Assembly: GCF_036321535.1 (NCBI RefSeq)
Contig: NC_087437.1
Span: 116,562,001-116,626,000, forward strand
Origin: Camelus dromedarius
Taxonomy: Eukaryota
Reading direction: 5' to 3'
DNA: 64,000 nt
A program made the translations under genes and the position numbers. Every line of letters starts with the position of its first letter. The stretch's first letter is position 1. Under the pieces are notes generated by a model. It made no database searches. It was given only the letters and a program-made list of their open reading frames with translations, and was not told where the DNA came from. Positions 1-11,589 of the stretch are shown here, one piece after another.

Positions 1-1338
1 ATCTCAATATTTTCAGTCACGATATTGCCATACAAAAAAGGGATGTAGTGTTTTTTCAATATGTATCTTTATGTAACTATGCACAGGAGACTCTGGAACT
101 ATGTAAGACAACACAGTAATAGTGGCTAACGGCAGAGACGTTACAGGGAGTTTTTTTCTTACTTTTGCTTCTCTGTATTTATCATCTTTCTCAACAGTGA
201 CTTCCACTCATGCCATAAGAAACAAAGACCACAGAGTCCTGAGAAAGTGACGTGGGTTCAGCCATTTAAAAAAGTCCCCAAGAGCTTCGCCTGTCTAAGG
301 GATCACATGAGCCGTCAGTCACTGATGGGCCCCACACGCTACCCAGAACCACAAACCCATTAAATATGAATGTGATGACCTCACGTAAACACACGACCTC
401 CCGTCCCCAGCTACTGGTCCAAGCAGAGAGTTTGAGCGTTTGTTCTGGGGCAGATCTACAGCAGAACCACTAGGGACACAGCAGAGTCGGCCAGTTGGGA
501 AGGTCAGAGGACCTGGCCACCTCCTTCCCAAGGCCTCGCTTCCCGTGGAAATGGGGCCTCCCAGGGGGTCCCCAGCACCTCCACTCCCCTGCCCCAATCC
601 CTTTCCCATCAAACTTTCGCCTCCTCCCTCCACGTATTCCAAGCTCTCAGAATAACACCTGTCTTGCTCAGAGCCAACCAGGCTAAGTCAGGCATTTTTA
701 CACAATTTCTAATGAACAATCACTGTTTGTGATGTCTGCACGATTAACTTCTTCCTCTTCCATCAAAAGATAAAGAGAGAAGCAATACACAGCTTTTGTT
801 TATAAATGACTAGGGTCATCCAAAGTGTCCCCTTCCACCGAAGTATCCTAAACTAATTAACATCATCATTATTATTTTTGTGGTTATTACTATCAGTATT
901 ATTAATGCTTAGAAATGATCTGTTTTTAGGTAGGTAACGTTTACAATCCAATAATAAAGCTTCCCATGCTGAGTGCACAATTCGCAACATCCTGCAGCCC
1001 CTGCACAGGAATATATAAAGCTCAGATGTCTGCCTGTAGACCTCCAGTGGGAGGCAGTGAGATCTGAACTTCTGGAACAGGAGGTAGGAGACCTAAGGCC
1101 TCCATCCCTGCTCAGTATCTAAGCAGGTAACCCATTCTCTCTGGGCAAACCACCCATGCTCCTTGCCCTAGACTAGAAGCAATTACAATTGACTTCCAGA
1201 ATCAGTACACCAGGACTCTGTGACCTCCTCCCACCCAGCAGGTTCTCATCACAACCCAAGAGAAAGAGCTGTTGCTCAGTTAGGTTCACTTTAGTTGCGA
1301 GTAGCAGAGATAACACTGACTAAAAACAATGGTGGCTT

Positions 1339-2573
1339 TTAAAAACAAGCAACTCAACTTTAAAAGGGGCAAAAGACTTGAACAGATATTTCTCCAAGGA
1401 AGATATGCAGACAGCCAACACATGCATGAAGAGCCAGTCATTAACGAAATGCATTTCACACCCATTAGAATGGCTACTATCAAAATGACAGAAAATAGCC
1501 AGTGTTGGTGAGAATGTGGAGAAACTGGAACCCGTGGACACTACTGGTGGGAACAGAAAATGGTGCAGCCACTGTGGAAGAGTGTGAGGCAGTTCCTCAA
1601 AAAATGAAGCGTAAAATAACCATCTGATTCAGCAATTTCACTTCTGCATCTATACCCAAAAGGACTGTGAGCAGAGAGTCAGATACTTGCGTGACTATAT
1701 TCATAGCAGAACTATTCTCAATAGCCTAAAGGCAGAAATGACCCAAATGCCCATCAACAGATGAACACATAAATGAAATATGGTATAGACATAAAATGCC
1801 ACATTACGCAGCCTGAAAAAAGAAATGAAATTCTGAAACATGGTACAACATGGACGAACCTTGAAGACATTATGCTAAGTGAAATAAATCAGACACAAAA
1901 AGACAGCTACTGTGTGATCCCACTTGTATGAGGTCCCTCAAGTAGTCAAATTCATAAAGTTAGAAAGTAGAATAGATGTTACCAGGAGCTGGGGGGGTGA
2001 TGGAAGAATGGGCAGTATTAAGGACTGATAGTGTTCCCCTAAAATTCATCTGGTGAAGCCCTAATTCTCAGTGTGATGGTACTTGGAGGTGGGGCCTTTG
2101 GGAGGTAATTAGATCATGGGGTGGAGCCTTCATGATTGAATTAGTGCCCTCGTAAGAAGATACAAAAGAAAACTTGCTTCTTTCTTTCTGCCACAGGAAG
2201 ACACAGCAAGAAGGCAGCTGTTTGCAGGCAGGAAGAGGGCTCTCACCAGAATCTTGATGCTGGCACCCCGATCTCAGAATTTCCAGACCTCAGAACTATA
2301 AGAAATGTTTTTTAAGCATTAAATGGTAGTTAAGCATTAAATGTTGTTAAGCATTTAAATAGTAATTTCTTACTGAAGCCTGAGCTGACTAAGATAAGGA
2401 GTTAATTTAATGGGTTTAAAGTTTCTATTTGTGATGATGAAAAATTTTGAGAAATGTAGAGTGGTGATGGTTGCACAACACTGTGAATGTACTTCATACC
2501 ACTGGACTGCACACTTAAAAATGGTTACAATGGTTCATTTTGTTATGTATATTTCACTAGAATATAGTTTTTT
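1339..2573 (+). mobile_element. 5'-truncated LINE-1 (L1MB-like ORF2 end plus 3'UTR), interrupted by an MLT1A LTR
   Basis: Has the ORF2 3' motifs 'aaagacttgaacagatatttctccaaggaagatatgcaga' and 'cacccattagaatggctactatcaaaa', and a 3'UTR ending 'cacacttaaaaatggttacaatgg'. A 16-bp TSD lies at 1323-1338 and 2574-2589 (1 mismatch). Confidence 0.9.
2016..2396 (+). mobile_element. MaLR solo LTR (MLT1A-like) nested in L1
   Basis: Runs 'aaaattcatctggtgaagccctaattctcagtgtgatggtacttggaggtggggcctttgggaggtaattagatcatg...gctgactaagata'. The flanks GGCAG and AGGAG are compatible with a decayed 5-bp TSD. Confidence 0.85.
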
Positions 2574-4596
2574 AAAATAATGGTGGCTTAAACCATACCT
2601 TAAATACACAGATAAGGGCTGGTATGATTAACAGCTCCTTCTGTTTTGAGGTTCTGCCACTTCAACACACAGCTTACTCCTTATAACAAGATGGCTGCTC
2701 CAACTCCAGTCATCACATCAGCAATCCAGCACGTAGGATGGGGAAAGGAGAGGAGAAGGGCACACCTTTCCCTTTGAAGATTCTACTTGGAAGGTCAACT
2801 TCCTAGAAGTCGCATGGAGCCCTTCTTCCCATGTTCTGTTGGCCAGAAACATAGTCACAGAGCTGTACTCAGCTGCAAGGGAAGTTGGGAAATGCGGTCT
2901 TTGTTCTGGGCACCCATCATGTCAGCTAACACTCAGGAGCTCTGCACTGAGGAAGAGTTCTGTTACTGCAGTGTGAGTACTGACAGACAACAAGCCATCT
3001 CTGCACAAGTGGAAAATCACCTTGCAAATGTTTTTCTGGCACAAAGCTGCACATCTTCAAGATTTCCCTAGGATCACACGCAGAAAGGGGGAGCTTTGAG
3101 GAAGAGCTATAACAAAGTGAGTTCTTTCTTCTTTGATAAGCTTGCTTGGCTTGGCAACATACAAGGAATCTGGACCCTCATAGGGATGTGACACAAAAAT
3201 TGTTATTCACCCTATACTCCAAGGAGTTAGTACAGCTAAATTGAGAAATACTGAAAAAGAAAAGAAAAAGAAGAAAGAGAAAGAATATAATTAAAAATAA
3301 AACGATGAGGATAAAAGGCCGCTTCCTTAATGCCTCACCCCATCTATTTTGTAGAATTTTAAATACCTGGAATAATTGAATGCAAAACAAGCTGTTGTTA
3401 TCTGGGCTGCATTCAGCTTTGGCAGAGAGAGACCAGGAAGCACCCGCTGGCACATTCATGACTTTTCAGGTGAGTAACAAACATCTGTCTTCTCCAGGGC
3501 ACCCGCTTGCCTCAACTCTGAGTACATCCTGCCCTCAAGGAAAAAGATTCAATGTCTTCAAAACGCATCCTTCCCTACACTTTGTTTCCAGTCCAGGCTT
3601 CTTTTGTTGAAAGTTTCAGCGTACCGAGGACAAGATTTCACACAGTCACACCGTTAAGAGAGGGAACGGGAGTTCTTATGAGTCATAGAAAGTTTGGTTT
3701 AAAAAAAAATGGCAGGAGGAAGAATCAGGAACACGAATCGCCCACACGTCTCGTCTCTTGAAAGCGCATTGGGGGAGATTTTGGCTTTTAGTGGTAACTT
3801 AACATTCCGTGGCTGCTATATATGTCATTTTCAGCAGAGACGAAATAACTCACAGCCTGGGAAGACTTTTATAGCCTTCTCATCCTTTTTAAGGGATGGC
3901 ATGGTCCCAGTTTTGGCCCTCCTTTTACTCCTTTCCTTTGGACAAAATCTGTGTGATCTTCAGTAACACTAGAACAACTCTGTGTTACTGCACATGCACA
4001 CCTGATTCCCACGCCTTTTCCACCCCGTTTTGGCAAAGATCTATTTGTACATGGAGGCGAAGAGTCCCTCTGCCCCCATTCTGACCTTCTGGAGGCCACA
4101 GCCCTTACCCCAACTCAGCCCTCCTGGCATTACCTGTCTCCTGCCAGGTCTACTGCCTCAAGTCAGGAATCACTTCAGACCCAAGGTCTGCAAACAAAAT
4201 CCTGCAGACAGTTCAAGAGGGTGTGCTTGGCTGAGGAAACCCAGCTTCAGTGGCTTCCGCTGGAATCATCAGTCCGTCAGCATCACCACTACAGAAAGTC
4301 ATCGCTCAGGTTTGAGAACACTTCAAACCCTCCCTTATTTTTAGCATTTATTATCCAGCTTTTCCGAGCTGTCCTATCTCGAAGGGAATCATGCTTTCTG
4401 GTTTGTCCAGGGCCGCTCTAGGCTAGCCTGTTGTCAGTACAATCATTGTGCCCTCTTTCACTTTGCGTTTGGAAGACAAATTATAGGGATGCTCAACTAG
4501 TCGCTCAGATTTGTGTGTAACCTCTTTGACAACAGGAGACACTGTCCTGGGAACCTTTCCATTCTCCAAGGACCCTCCCCTCATACAGCAGCTGAG

Positions 4597-4672
4597 CCGG
4601 GGAGGGATGGAGGGATGGAGGGAAGGAAAGAAGGAAGGAAGGAAGGGAGGGATGGAGGGAGGAAGGAGGGAG
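4597..4672 (+). repeat. Purine-rich GGAG/GGAA low-complexity repeat
   Basis: Read directly: gggagggatggagggatggagggaaggaaagaaggaaggaaggaagggaggg... Confidence 0.9.
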
Positions 4673-4845
4673 GCGAGAAAGAGACTCTTTCCAACTCCTC
4701 TTGCTCAAAATCCAGTCATGAGCCCAATATAAGGAAGAATGTTAGAAAAAAGTTACTTGTAAGAGTAGAATTCTCCCCTCATAGGGAAGGCTAGAACACC
4801 ATGGATGAAAGTAAGACTCAAGCTGACTGTCCAGATTCAAAGTCT

Positions 4846-5092
4846 CTTTTTTTTAACTGAAGTACAAGTTGATTTACAATGTTGTATTGGTTTCAAGTGT
4901 ACTACAAAGTGATTCAATTATATATATGTATAATATATATATATTCTTTTTCAGGTTCTTTTCCATTATACATTATTACAAGATATTAATATATTTTCCC
5001 TGTACTATACAGTAGATACTTGTTGTTTATCTATTTTGTATATAGTAGTATGTACATGTTAATCCCAAACTCCTCATTTACCCCTCCTCCCA
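4846..5092 (-). mobile_element. Cetartiodactyl-type L1 3' end
   Basis: A poly-T run is followed by 'aactgaagtacaagttgatttacaatgttg...gttaatcccaaactcc'. A 15-bp TSD CCAGATTCAAA(G/T)TCT lies at 4831-4845 and 5093-5107. Confidence 0.9.
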
Positions 5093-5212
5093 CCAGATTC
5101 AAATTCTGACTCCATAATTTACTATCTATATAACTTCAAGCAAGTGGAGTAATCATTCCTTGCCTCCATTTTCTTATCCTTAAAATGCGTGTAGTAAAAG
5201 TGACTCCCCACA

Positions 5213-6009
5213 CACAAATGGCCAGCACACGAAAAAATGCTCAATATCACTAACCATCAGAAAAATGCAAATCAAAACCACAATGAGATGCCACTACACA
5301 CCCATTAGGATGACTACTATGAAAAGGAAAGAAAAGAACAGAACAGGTGTTGACCAAGATATGGAGAAACTGGAACTCTTACACACCATGGTGAGACTAT
5401 AAAATAGTACAACTTCTATGGAAAACGGGATGGAGGGTCCTCAGAAAATTAAACATAGGATAACCATATGATCCAGCAGTTCCTTCAGGGTATTTACTCA
5501 AAAGAATTGAAAGCAGAGTCTTAAAGAGATATTTGCACACTCATATCCATAGCAGCCTTTTTTACTGGCCAAGAGGTGGATGCAACCCAGGTGTCCAATG
5601 ACAGATGAATGCATAAAAAAAAATGTGGTATATATTTGTAATGGAATATTATTCAGCCTTTAAAAAGAAGGACATTCTGTCACATGCTACCACATGGATG
5701 AACCTCAAGGCTCAGTGAAAAAAGCCAGCCACAGAAGGACAAATACTGTATGATTCCACTTACATGAGGCATCCTAAGACATCACATATGTAGCATAATT
5801 GTGGTTACCAGGGACTAGAGTGGGAGAAGATGGGGGGGTCAGTCTTTAATGGAGACCGAGTCTTAGATATGCAAGATGAAAAAGTTCTGAAGACCTGCTT
5901 CACAACACTGCATAAACCTAACACTGCTGATGGTACACTTAATAATGGTTTAAATGGTCAATTTTATATTATGCATTTTTTGCCACAGGGGAAAAAAAAA
6001 GTATTATCA
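5213..6009 (+). mobile_element. 5'-truncated L1 (L1MA/L1MB-like)
   Basis: Has 'aaaatgctcaatatcactaaccatcagaaaaatgcaaatcaaaaccacaatgagat' and an L1 3'UTR with an A-rich tail. A degenerate TSD lies at 5196-5212 and 6010-6026. Confidence 0.88.
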
Positions 6010-6339
6010 AAAATGTGCTCCCCACAGAGCTATTGTATGGATTAAATCAGTTCATACGTGCAAAGCACAGAACACTGGCTGGAAGAGAGTGAATGTTTTA
6101 TAAATGTCATTGTTATCAGTGAATCCGCATATTCTGTTCCACACCACGTCAACACGTGTGAATTATTTCAGCTTTGGTTTGGTGTCTTTATTGTTTGTGT
6201 GGGGTTTTGTTTTCTTATTTCTTTTCATCTTCCCAATTTTCTGTATAGTGTTTTGCTCTCTAAAGTCAAATTGTTTCAGAAGTTTTACATATTCTATGTT
6301 AAAATTATTCATTATTAAGGTAACAATTTCAAAACACTA

Positions 6340-7052
6340 TTTTTTATTGAAGTATAGTTGATTTACAACACTGTGTTTCTAGTTTACAACATAATGATTC
6401 ATACATATATATATTATATATATATAATGCATATTATATACATATTATATATATGTTATATGTATATATATTCCTCTTCATATTCCTTTTCAGCATAAGC
6501 CATCACAAGGTATCAAATATAGTTCCCTGTGCTACACAGAAGGACCTCATTGCCTATCCATTTTATTTTATTTTATTTTATTTCTTATTGAAGTATAGTC
6601 AGTTTACAATGTTGTGTCAATTTCTGGTGCACAGCATAATGTTTCAGTCATACATACATATACATCTATTCCTTTTCATATTCCTTCTCATTATACATAA
6701 AGTAGTTAGCATCTACAAATTCCAAATTCCCAGTTTATCCCTTCCCACCCCCTTTCCCTTCTGGTAACCGTAAGTTTGCTTTCTGTCTGTGAGTCTGTCT
6801 CTGTTTTGTAGGTAAGTTCATTTGTGGCCTTTTTTTTTCAGGTTCTACATATAAGAGATATTGGCATTTTTCTTTCTCTTTCTAGCTTACTTAGTATAAC
6901 AACTCCAGGTCCAACCATGTTGCTTCAAATGGCATTATTTTAGTCTATTTTAGGCATATCTATATACATCATGTATTGCTCTCTCTATATATATATTGCT
7001 GTCTATATATATTCAATAGAATACTATTCAACCATAAAAAAGAATAAAATAA
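6340..7052 (-). mobile_element. Cetartiodactyl L1 3' end containing a second short L1 3' end (~6561-6692) and an inverted piece (~7005-7052)
   Basis: Two 'ttattgaagtatagt' L1 termini occur at 6344 and 6585. The outer element resumes at 'agtagttagcatctacaaattcc'. The +strand piece 'caatagaatactattcaaccataaaaaagaataaaataa' matches the L1 copy at 16917. Confidence 0.85.
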
Positions 7053-7199
7053 AAACGATTAAATTTTTTTAAGAAAAAAATTAAGTGTCATTTATTCAAT
7101 TTCATAAGATACAATTTTAAGTTTGGGTTATTTTATTTGCTTAGACTTTTTGAGGGTCTTCCTATTTACCATGAACTTGGCAGCAGCTGATGTCAAAAA

Positions 7200-7880
7200 G
7201 AAACATGGTTGTGTTCAAAGGCAGTATGACAGGGCTGCCCTGGAGGTAACACAAAGTTAGAAGCATAAAGCCCAGATCACAGAAAATAATGGTTCCAGAT
7301 TTCTTAGGGATTATTCTGGGCATGAGTTTCTAAGAAGAACACTGATAAATATATATATATATCCAGAAAAATAAAATCAATATATAATAGCTCTAAAAAA
7401 AAATTACGTGAAATAGGGGTTTACAAAACTAGTTGCATTTTACCTGAAAAAGAGAAGTTTAAGGAAATACTCATTTGAAATATATGGAGGTCAGTTAAAT
7501 GTCCATTCATTCATCTGTTCAGCTTTGAGATTATTTGATAAATATTTATTATAAGATTTTTAAGAACCAGGCACTGTGCTACGTGCTAATAGTACTATTA
7601 GAGAGCAAAAGCAGCCACTTTGCTGTGTCATCCCAGAAGGTGAAAGCAGACCAGCTGAAGGAGAAAATCTGAGGTCAGTCTACGGAAGCACATACTGACA
7701 AACAGCTATTTTGCAGTGGAAGGTGCTATTTAGTGAGGGAGTGAGTTCCCTATCCCTAGGACTATGCAGGGAGAGGCACTATGAGCAGTAAGAATGTGGA
7801 GAAAAAACTTCTATCCTAGGTTCTAAACAGATGTAGTGAAGGTAGCAATCTACCTCTCCTCCAACCAGAAACTCTATGAA
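7200..7880 (+). mobile_element. Degraded L3/CR1 3' region with an L2 tail (minus strand, ~7503-7600) inserted
   Basis: CR1-like motifs are 'cctgaaaaagagaagtttaagg', 'gtgagggagtgagttccctatccctagga' and 'tccaaccagaaactctatga'. The L2 tail reads 'cattcattcatc...aaatatttatt...ccaggcactgtgct'. Confidence 0.5.
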
Positions 7881-8197
7881 GTCCACTTTTAAAACACACT
7901 CTGTGGAGAGCATGCCAGTGCATTCCGAGTGACGTCAGGATAGAATGCTCAGCAAAGTTTCACCACTCATTTCAGGTGACAATCTGAACCAAAACCTAAA
8001 ATGATGCAGACCTATACTACATCTGCAACATTCACTGTACCAAATATAAGCATGTCTCTTTGCATGGGTGCGTACAGGTGGCCCCTCATCAGACTCTATG
8101 TTAATGACAACCGCATAACAGTTCACCTGGAGGTAGTACCTCTTCTTGCAAATTCCATCCCAGCCTCCAAAAAAAAAAAAAAAAAAAAACCATGCAG

Positions 8198-8690
8198 GTA
8201 ATTGCTAAAACTTGGAAGCAACCTAGATGCCCTTCGATTGGTGAATGGATAAACCTGCTGTAGTACACCCATACTGTGGAATATTATTCAGCAATAAAAA
8301 ATGAACTATTATGAAGCCACAAAAAGATATGGAGGAGCCTTAAATGCATATTACTAGGCAAAAGAAGCCCCCCCCCCAAATCACAATACTGTGTTATTCC
8401 AATTATGTGACATTCTGAAAAAGGCAAAATACTGAGACCTTAAAGAGATCAGGGTTTGCCATGGGTTTGAAGGGAGAAAGGGAGGTACAAAACGGTGGAG
8501 AACAGAGGGTTTTTCAGATAGTAGAACTATTCAGTATGATACTATAATGATGGATATATAGCTTTAGACATCAGTCAAAACCCATAGAAAGTACAACACA
8601 AAGAGTGAATCCTAATGGAAACAAGAGGCTTTAGTTAGTAATAATGTATCAATATTGGCTAGTCAGTATAACACGTGTACCACATTAAAA
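8198..8690 (+). mobile_element. L1MC-like 3' fragment
   Basis: Runs 'aaaacttggaagcaacctagatgcccttcgattggtgaatggataaac' to 'gtcaaaacccatagaaagtacaacacaaagagtgaatcctaatg'. Confidence 0.85.
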
Positions 8691-9399
8691 AAGAAACCAC
8701 AGAGAGAGATGGATAAAAAAAATAGTATATTCATAGATAACTAAATAGTACATAACTAAAGAAATAAAAAAATCCTGAAACATCACAGGTATGTCTTCCT
8801 TTAAGGGGGAAAAAAAGTTCTCATTTCTAAAACCCAAATCTATCACAAAAGAATTCAGTGTGATACTTTTAAAACACAGTTATGGAGTGCAAAATACAAT
8901 ATGACAACAAACATCTTTGCAATAACTTTCTGCCTGTAGGTTAAGGTCAACTGTACGGTTGAAAACTGAGCCATAGAAGTCTGGGGTCACAGTGACAGAG
9001 GTCCCCTCTGGTGATTGCCACAAATGTCCAAACATGCTTGGCTCCAGCATGACTAAGCTGGAATGAGATGCAGGAAGTAAGATATTGGGCAGGGCCCCCA
9101 CTTTACCAATCACTAGCTCGACAATACTGGGCAAGGGACTTGACAGGTGTCGATTTTCTCATGCAAGAATTGAACAGAACAGAGCTGGCAGTACTTTTGA
9201 CCTTGGTCTCCAGTGGAAAAGAAGGTCTCAGTACAGTGGGAGTGGTGGGACAGGGAGGGGCAAGATGGGACTGGCTTCCACCAAAAGGGTTCCACTCTTT
9301 TGGCAGGAGGTTTTACTTACTGGGCTTTTATGTACAATTTTATTTGAATAAAGAGCTCCTGGACTAAAAAAAAAAAAAATTTTAAGACATTGGTTCCTT

Positions 9400-9486
9400 G
9401 GGGAGGGTATAGCTCAAATGGTAGAGCACATGATTATCATGCATGAGGTCCTAGGTCCAATCTCCAGTACCTCCTCTAAAAAAAAA
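9400..9486 (+). mobile_element. tRNA-derived SINE (camelid vic-1-like)
   Basis: Reads ggggagggtatagctcaaatggtagagcacatg...gaggtcctaggtccaatctccagtacctcc plus poly-A, with A/B boxes. TSD AAGACAT(C)TGGTTCCTT at 9384-9399 and 9487-9503. Confidence 0.9.
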
Positions 9487-10409
9487 AAGACATCTGGTTC
9501 CTTTTCCCTGAAGGTATTTACTCATGCCAAGGAATGAAGCACCTGCAGGTGAGGAGCAGATGAAAGCTGGAAACAAAAAAAACTTGAGGGAACCATTTTT
9601 TCATTTCAAAGGGGATTATCGAAGGAGGAATGTACTTTGGCTCCTATAAACCCATGCAATATCTCATCTCCCACCATGGCTCACTGCTGCAATGCTGCAG
9701 AATGTTATCCAAAGAGCTCCTCTCTCATTCCAATGGCCTAAGGAGAGGAAGATTCTACCTAAAATACTGGGGTCTGTGTTTGGAGGGATAGGTGAGCACT
9801 ATCTGCATATTTGTCCTACTTAGAAGGAATCAAATGTTTACTCAAAAGGCTTTATTAAATAATAAGACAAACTATCAAAAAGGAAAGAGGAAAACATCCA
9901 TTACAGTTTACAGCCAAGAATCAAGGACTCTTAAGTTGGAAGAGACTTTAAATGAGGAAAGAAATAAAGCCTCAGAGGAGAAATATGCTGTAGAATGTCA
10001 CACAACAGGAGGCAGATCTGAGATCTAAAGCTGGTCCAGTGATGATCTATTCTAAACGAAGACCTAGATGAAGATCCTTCTGCTCAGGCATCAGCTTCTC
10101 TGTGTTTGCTGGTCAGTGTAAAAAGCATCTCGAACGTTTCGTCTTCCTGAACTTCATAGTCTCCTGAAAGGGGCGTATGCGTGTCTACGTATTCATGTCT
10201 GTGTGCATGTCATTGTGTAGGTGTGCGCCTTTCTGCTGAAGCTCACAGAAGGAAATGACCTACCTGCAAACTGGCAAACGGCACCTGACTGAATGAAGAA
10301 ATACTTGACTGAGAGCTCAAGAAACAACCATTTGGATTTCCTACTACAATCAAAACTTGAATGTTCAAAATAGTCTTTATTTATTTGGACTCAATTTTTT
10401 GAATGCAAC

Positions 10410-10600
10410 CATGGCATAGTGTGAAGAACCCACACATTGGAGCAGATCCTGCACCACTAATTAGATGCCTATAGGAAGTGACTTAACATCTCCAAGCTTC
10501 AGTTTCTCTATTTAAAACCAGGATTAAAATGTCCATCTTGCAAGTCTGCTGTGACAATGAGCTAGTGTATGAGAGACCCAAGGAGCAGCAGCTACTATTA
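10410..10600 (+). mobile_element. MIR SINE
   Basis: MIR core 'ggaagtgacttaacatctccaagcttcagtttctctatttaaaac'. Confidence 0.65.
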
Positions 10601-10793
10601 TGTTAATATTACTAATGACTTTAATTATTAATATTACTAATAAAGAAGATTTTAAAATAATTCCACTGTCTTTAACTTACTATACTAATAACCGAATGTA
10701 ATAGTGTATTGACTTGTTTCCTGCTCAGTTGTATATTCTGCTTGTCCTTTTTCAATCTGTGGTGTTGCCAGTTTCACAGTGTCTCTTCACAGG

Positions 10794-10795
<2 letters not shown>

Positions 10796-10827
<32 letters not shown>
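10796..10827 (+). repeat. (TG)n microsatellite
   Basis: Read directly. Confidence 0.95.
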
Positions 10828-10830
<3 letters not shown>

Positions 10831-11589
10831 CACACATGTATGTGTTCCAATGAGAGTTCCTATTTGCCCATTAGAAGTTCTCCTCGGAATCTGTATAATA
10901 ATAATAAAAGCAAGATATTCAGCACTGCAGACATGTTAACTGAATGGATTCAAGACCAGAAGAGTTCCCGTTATTTTCACATCCATGAAACACACTGCCT
11001 GGGAATTTCAGGGAAAACAAAGGACTAAATGGTAAGGGATGGAACATGGTGCAGGTGACTTTGGAAATAAATGTTGGGGATGGGGTGTGACCCAGGGAGG
11101 AAGCTTGGCTCATGGGACTCTTCAGGGAGAAAAATCCACGTGGAATCTGAGGCTTTCCCCAATACTGGGAAGAGAGCTCTGAGAGGCTGCAGAAAACACA
11201 ACCACCTTCAAGTAAGTGTCGATCCACACCCTGGCAGATAATCTCCAGAGATGGTGAGGACCCCAAGCCCTGCACAGTGTGGACATGAGGTACTGCACTA
11301 GAAAGAGAGCTCAGTAAATAGTGAAACACTGCCCCCAGGACCTTCTCTTCTACTTGACGCTCAGCACAGTGCAGCCAGGCTCTCACAACCCTAGCCTTGC
11401 TCCACTGCCCTCCCCAGGACAGAAGGATGCAGGACCCTTCTCTGGAGATATCAACCAGCCTCAAAGAAAAAGCTCCCAGATGGCCACTTGTTCCTCAATG
11501 CCATGGCCAGGCCCCATCATGGCACATACCCCAGCTAACAACCCCACACAGGGTCCTGGTCACTGTCCTGGTGATTCATTATTAATCAA

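Larger units (their letters stand above)
1272..2960 (-). mobile_element. Ancient MaLR LTR (MLT1J/K-like), split by an L1 insertion; pieces at ~1272-1338 and ~2574-2960
   Basis: Contains 'agatggctgctccaactccagtcatcacatc...ttggccagaaacatagtcacagagctgtactcagctgcaagggaagttgggaaatg', which resembles old MLT1 consensus sequences. The two halves join at a duplicated AAAA(C/T)AATGGTGGCTT. Subfamily is from memory. Confidence 0.6.
4805..6120 (+). mobile_element. MIR SINE broken into three pieces (~4805-4845, 5093-5212, 6010-6120) by two L1 insertions
   Basis: Joining the pieces gives the MIR core 'ccagattcaaattctgactccataatttactatctatataacttcaagcaagt...gcctccattttcttatccttaaaatg' and the 3' part 'cacagagctattgtatggattaaatcagttcatacgtgcaaagcac'. 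Confidence 0.7.

Noticed and set aside
9400..9486. tRNA gene calls for the three tRNA-like sequences (also 35238 and 44970)
   Set aside because: Poly-A tails, TSDs and degenerate stems identify them as SINEs.
10919..11464. 181-aa minus-strand ORF as an internal coding exon
   Set aside because: No recognisable protein, and I found no convincing splice-site pair. It lies beside a HAL1/L1 remnant.
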